DNA of 63,951 nt, filler included, from Rhabdomonas costata (lineage: Eukaryota), in the NCBI GenBank assembly GCA_019059605.1. It is 42 parts of 42 records of this genome, joined end to end, with 100 filler letters (N's around TTAATTAATTAA, not from the genome) between each part and the next. Parts side by side here need not be neighbours in the genome. Positions count along the whole stretch, not along the records: positions 62,527 to 63,951 come from JAHMHO010016318.1; 41 more parts are not named here. The stretch is one strand, 5' to 3'. The notes below the pieces were generated by a model. That model had not been told where the DNA came from, made no database searches, and worked only from the letters and a program-made list of their open reading frames with translations. Made by a program: the position numbers and the translations under genes. Shown one piece after another: positions 62,921 to 63,951 of this stretch (positions are counted from its first letter, which is position 1; the number at the start of each line of letters is the position of its first letter).

Positions 62921-63916
62921 CTACCCTAGACACCAGAGCCAGTTGCTGAACAGGTGGTGGACACATTGCTGCGAAAGTGTCACGTGGGTTGCTCTGCTTA
63001 GAAACAGAAACTTTCGGTATTTTTGGTCCCGGGTTGTCTCCCATGATCCTGATCTCACCGTGCAGTCAGTGGCGACATAGCTTGAGAAGCTTGATACCCC
63101 TCGTTTCGCACAGCTTCCACTGCCTAGTGCGTGGCCAGGTTCAGCAGGGCCTAGTGGGGCTCGGCGCGCGGCCGGTCTGCCGCAGCTGCTCGTTGAGCTC
63201 CCGCAGGCTTCCTGAGCTCCACGCAAACTTTCCCTGCGCAAGTGTATATGTTGGTGCATGTGTCGGTGAGTTGCTGCCAAAAACCCCCCCGGGGAGGCAA
63301 AGCGGGCCATGGGCTGCCCCGTCAGGTCCAACACTCCTGGAACCATCGATGCTGGAGCCTCACCTCTAGGTCCCGAGCCCTTTTTGCCGCCATTTGAAAA
63401 CCTTTCAGCGTCGGATGGAAACCGAGAACACAGGTGTTTAGCTCCCAGTGAATTCCCCATGAACATTCTGAGTAGCATAGGCCCTTGGCCGGATAGAAGC
63501 TGTGCTAAACGTGCTTGCATTCTCGTGCTGGAACCCAAGTAATAACTCTTTGCTCGTTTCGAGTACAGCACGTAAACAGTTGGGACTCCGTCTGGGGGAA
63601 CTCTCAGGTCAAGATGCTCTGCAGGAACGCCACAGGAATTCAGCAGATTCCGCTGGTTGATGCCCTTGATATCTTTGGGCCAGCAAACGGCGCAGAGCTC
63701 TTCGTCAGAGCGGTCCCACAACGTGACAACTGCTTCACTCTCGTTAGTAAGGTGAACGAAATGAGTCCGCTCCACATGTGATTCTTTGGCCTCGTCTGCC
63801 ACGGTCGCCATACAAACAACAGTGTCACCTTGACTCGCTTGTTTTGTGTCCGCGCACGCAAGCTCCAAAGGCAGCTGAGCTCTCCGAAGCTGCTGGGAGC
63901 CTTTCAGCAGGGTAAC
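62921..63916 (-). CDS. Protein containing a GIY-YIG nuclease-like domain (motif at ~63480-63580); the true 3' exon boundary is uncertain
   Basis: TVYVLYSKRAKSYYLGSSTRMQARLAQ..SGQG matches the VY-x-YxG-x-R pattern of UPF0213/SLX1-type GIY-YIG domains. Confidence 0.7.
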   Translation of the reverse strand, partial: VTLLKGSQQLRRAQLPLELACADTKQASQGDTVVCMATVADEAKESHVERTHFVHLTNESEAVVTLWDRSDEELCAVCWPKDIKGINQRNLLNSCGVPAEHLDLRVPPDGVPTVYVLYSKRAKSYYLGSSTRMQARLAQLLSGQGPMLLRMFMGNSLGAKHLCSRFPSDAERFSNGGKKGSGPRGEAPASMVPGVLDLTGQPMARFASPGGFLAATHRHMHQHIHLRRESLRGAQEACGSSTSSCGRPAARRAPLGPAEPGHALGSGSCAKRGVSSFSSYVATDCTVRSGSWETTRDQKYRKFLFLSRATHVTLSQQCVHHLFSNWLWCLG

Positions 63917-63951
63917 CTGCAGAAAAAGAGCAGGAGACCACAAAGCGAACA

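Noticed and set aside
105-63861. Most ORFs in the supplied six-frame track
   Set aside because: They are antisense shadows, intron read-throughs or GTG/TTG-started fragments with no recognisable motifs.
57954-63916. Genome-wide TAG or TGA reassignment in the host
   Set aside because: Long coding stretches (GH51, SPRY, the Ig-like ORF, the GIY-YIG ORF) contain no internal stops, and TGA terminates GH51 and SPRY. Isolated stops are better explained locally.

Overview
This window is not one locus. It is 42 unrelated contigs of about 1.42 kb each, joined by 41 artificial 100-nt spacers (N-run + TTAATTAATTAA + N-run), so gene neighbourhood across spacers means nothing. Most contig ends are pure G/T at the 5' end or C/A at the 3' end, and many carry fold-back duplications. 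Both point to whole-genome amplification with G/T-degenerate primers from one or a few cells. The DNA is from an intron-rich eukaryote, most plausibly a euglenozoan and probably a euglenid (inference). The evidence is a kinetoplastid-style AMP deaminase C-terminus, GTNYG-type donors and several degenerate class III cyclases. Gene fragments I could rebuild with GT-AG splicing: MsrA, AMP deaminase, a STAND/AAA ATPase, a LicD-family transferase, ETF-QO, a MAPKK-like kinase, GH51 arabinofuranosidase, a receiver domain, a Fused/STK36 ARM region, three cyclase-type fragments, SPRY, GAF, SMI1/KNR4, an ADP-ribosyltransferase-like domain, a PstS-like domain, Nfu1, a U2AF65-like RS protein, an Ig-like surface protein, a DEAD-box helicase and a GIY-YIG protein. 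I cannot support a complete new biological system from fragments this short. The best leads are: (1) an in-frame TAG overlapping an alternative same-phase donor in the U2AF65-like gene; (2) an AT-rich contig whose one plausible frame runs through many stop codons; (3) two segments almost free of A/T homopolymers; (4) a 1.29-kb GAF-exon unit bounded by 127-nt direct repeats.
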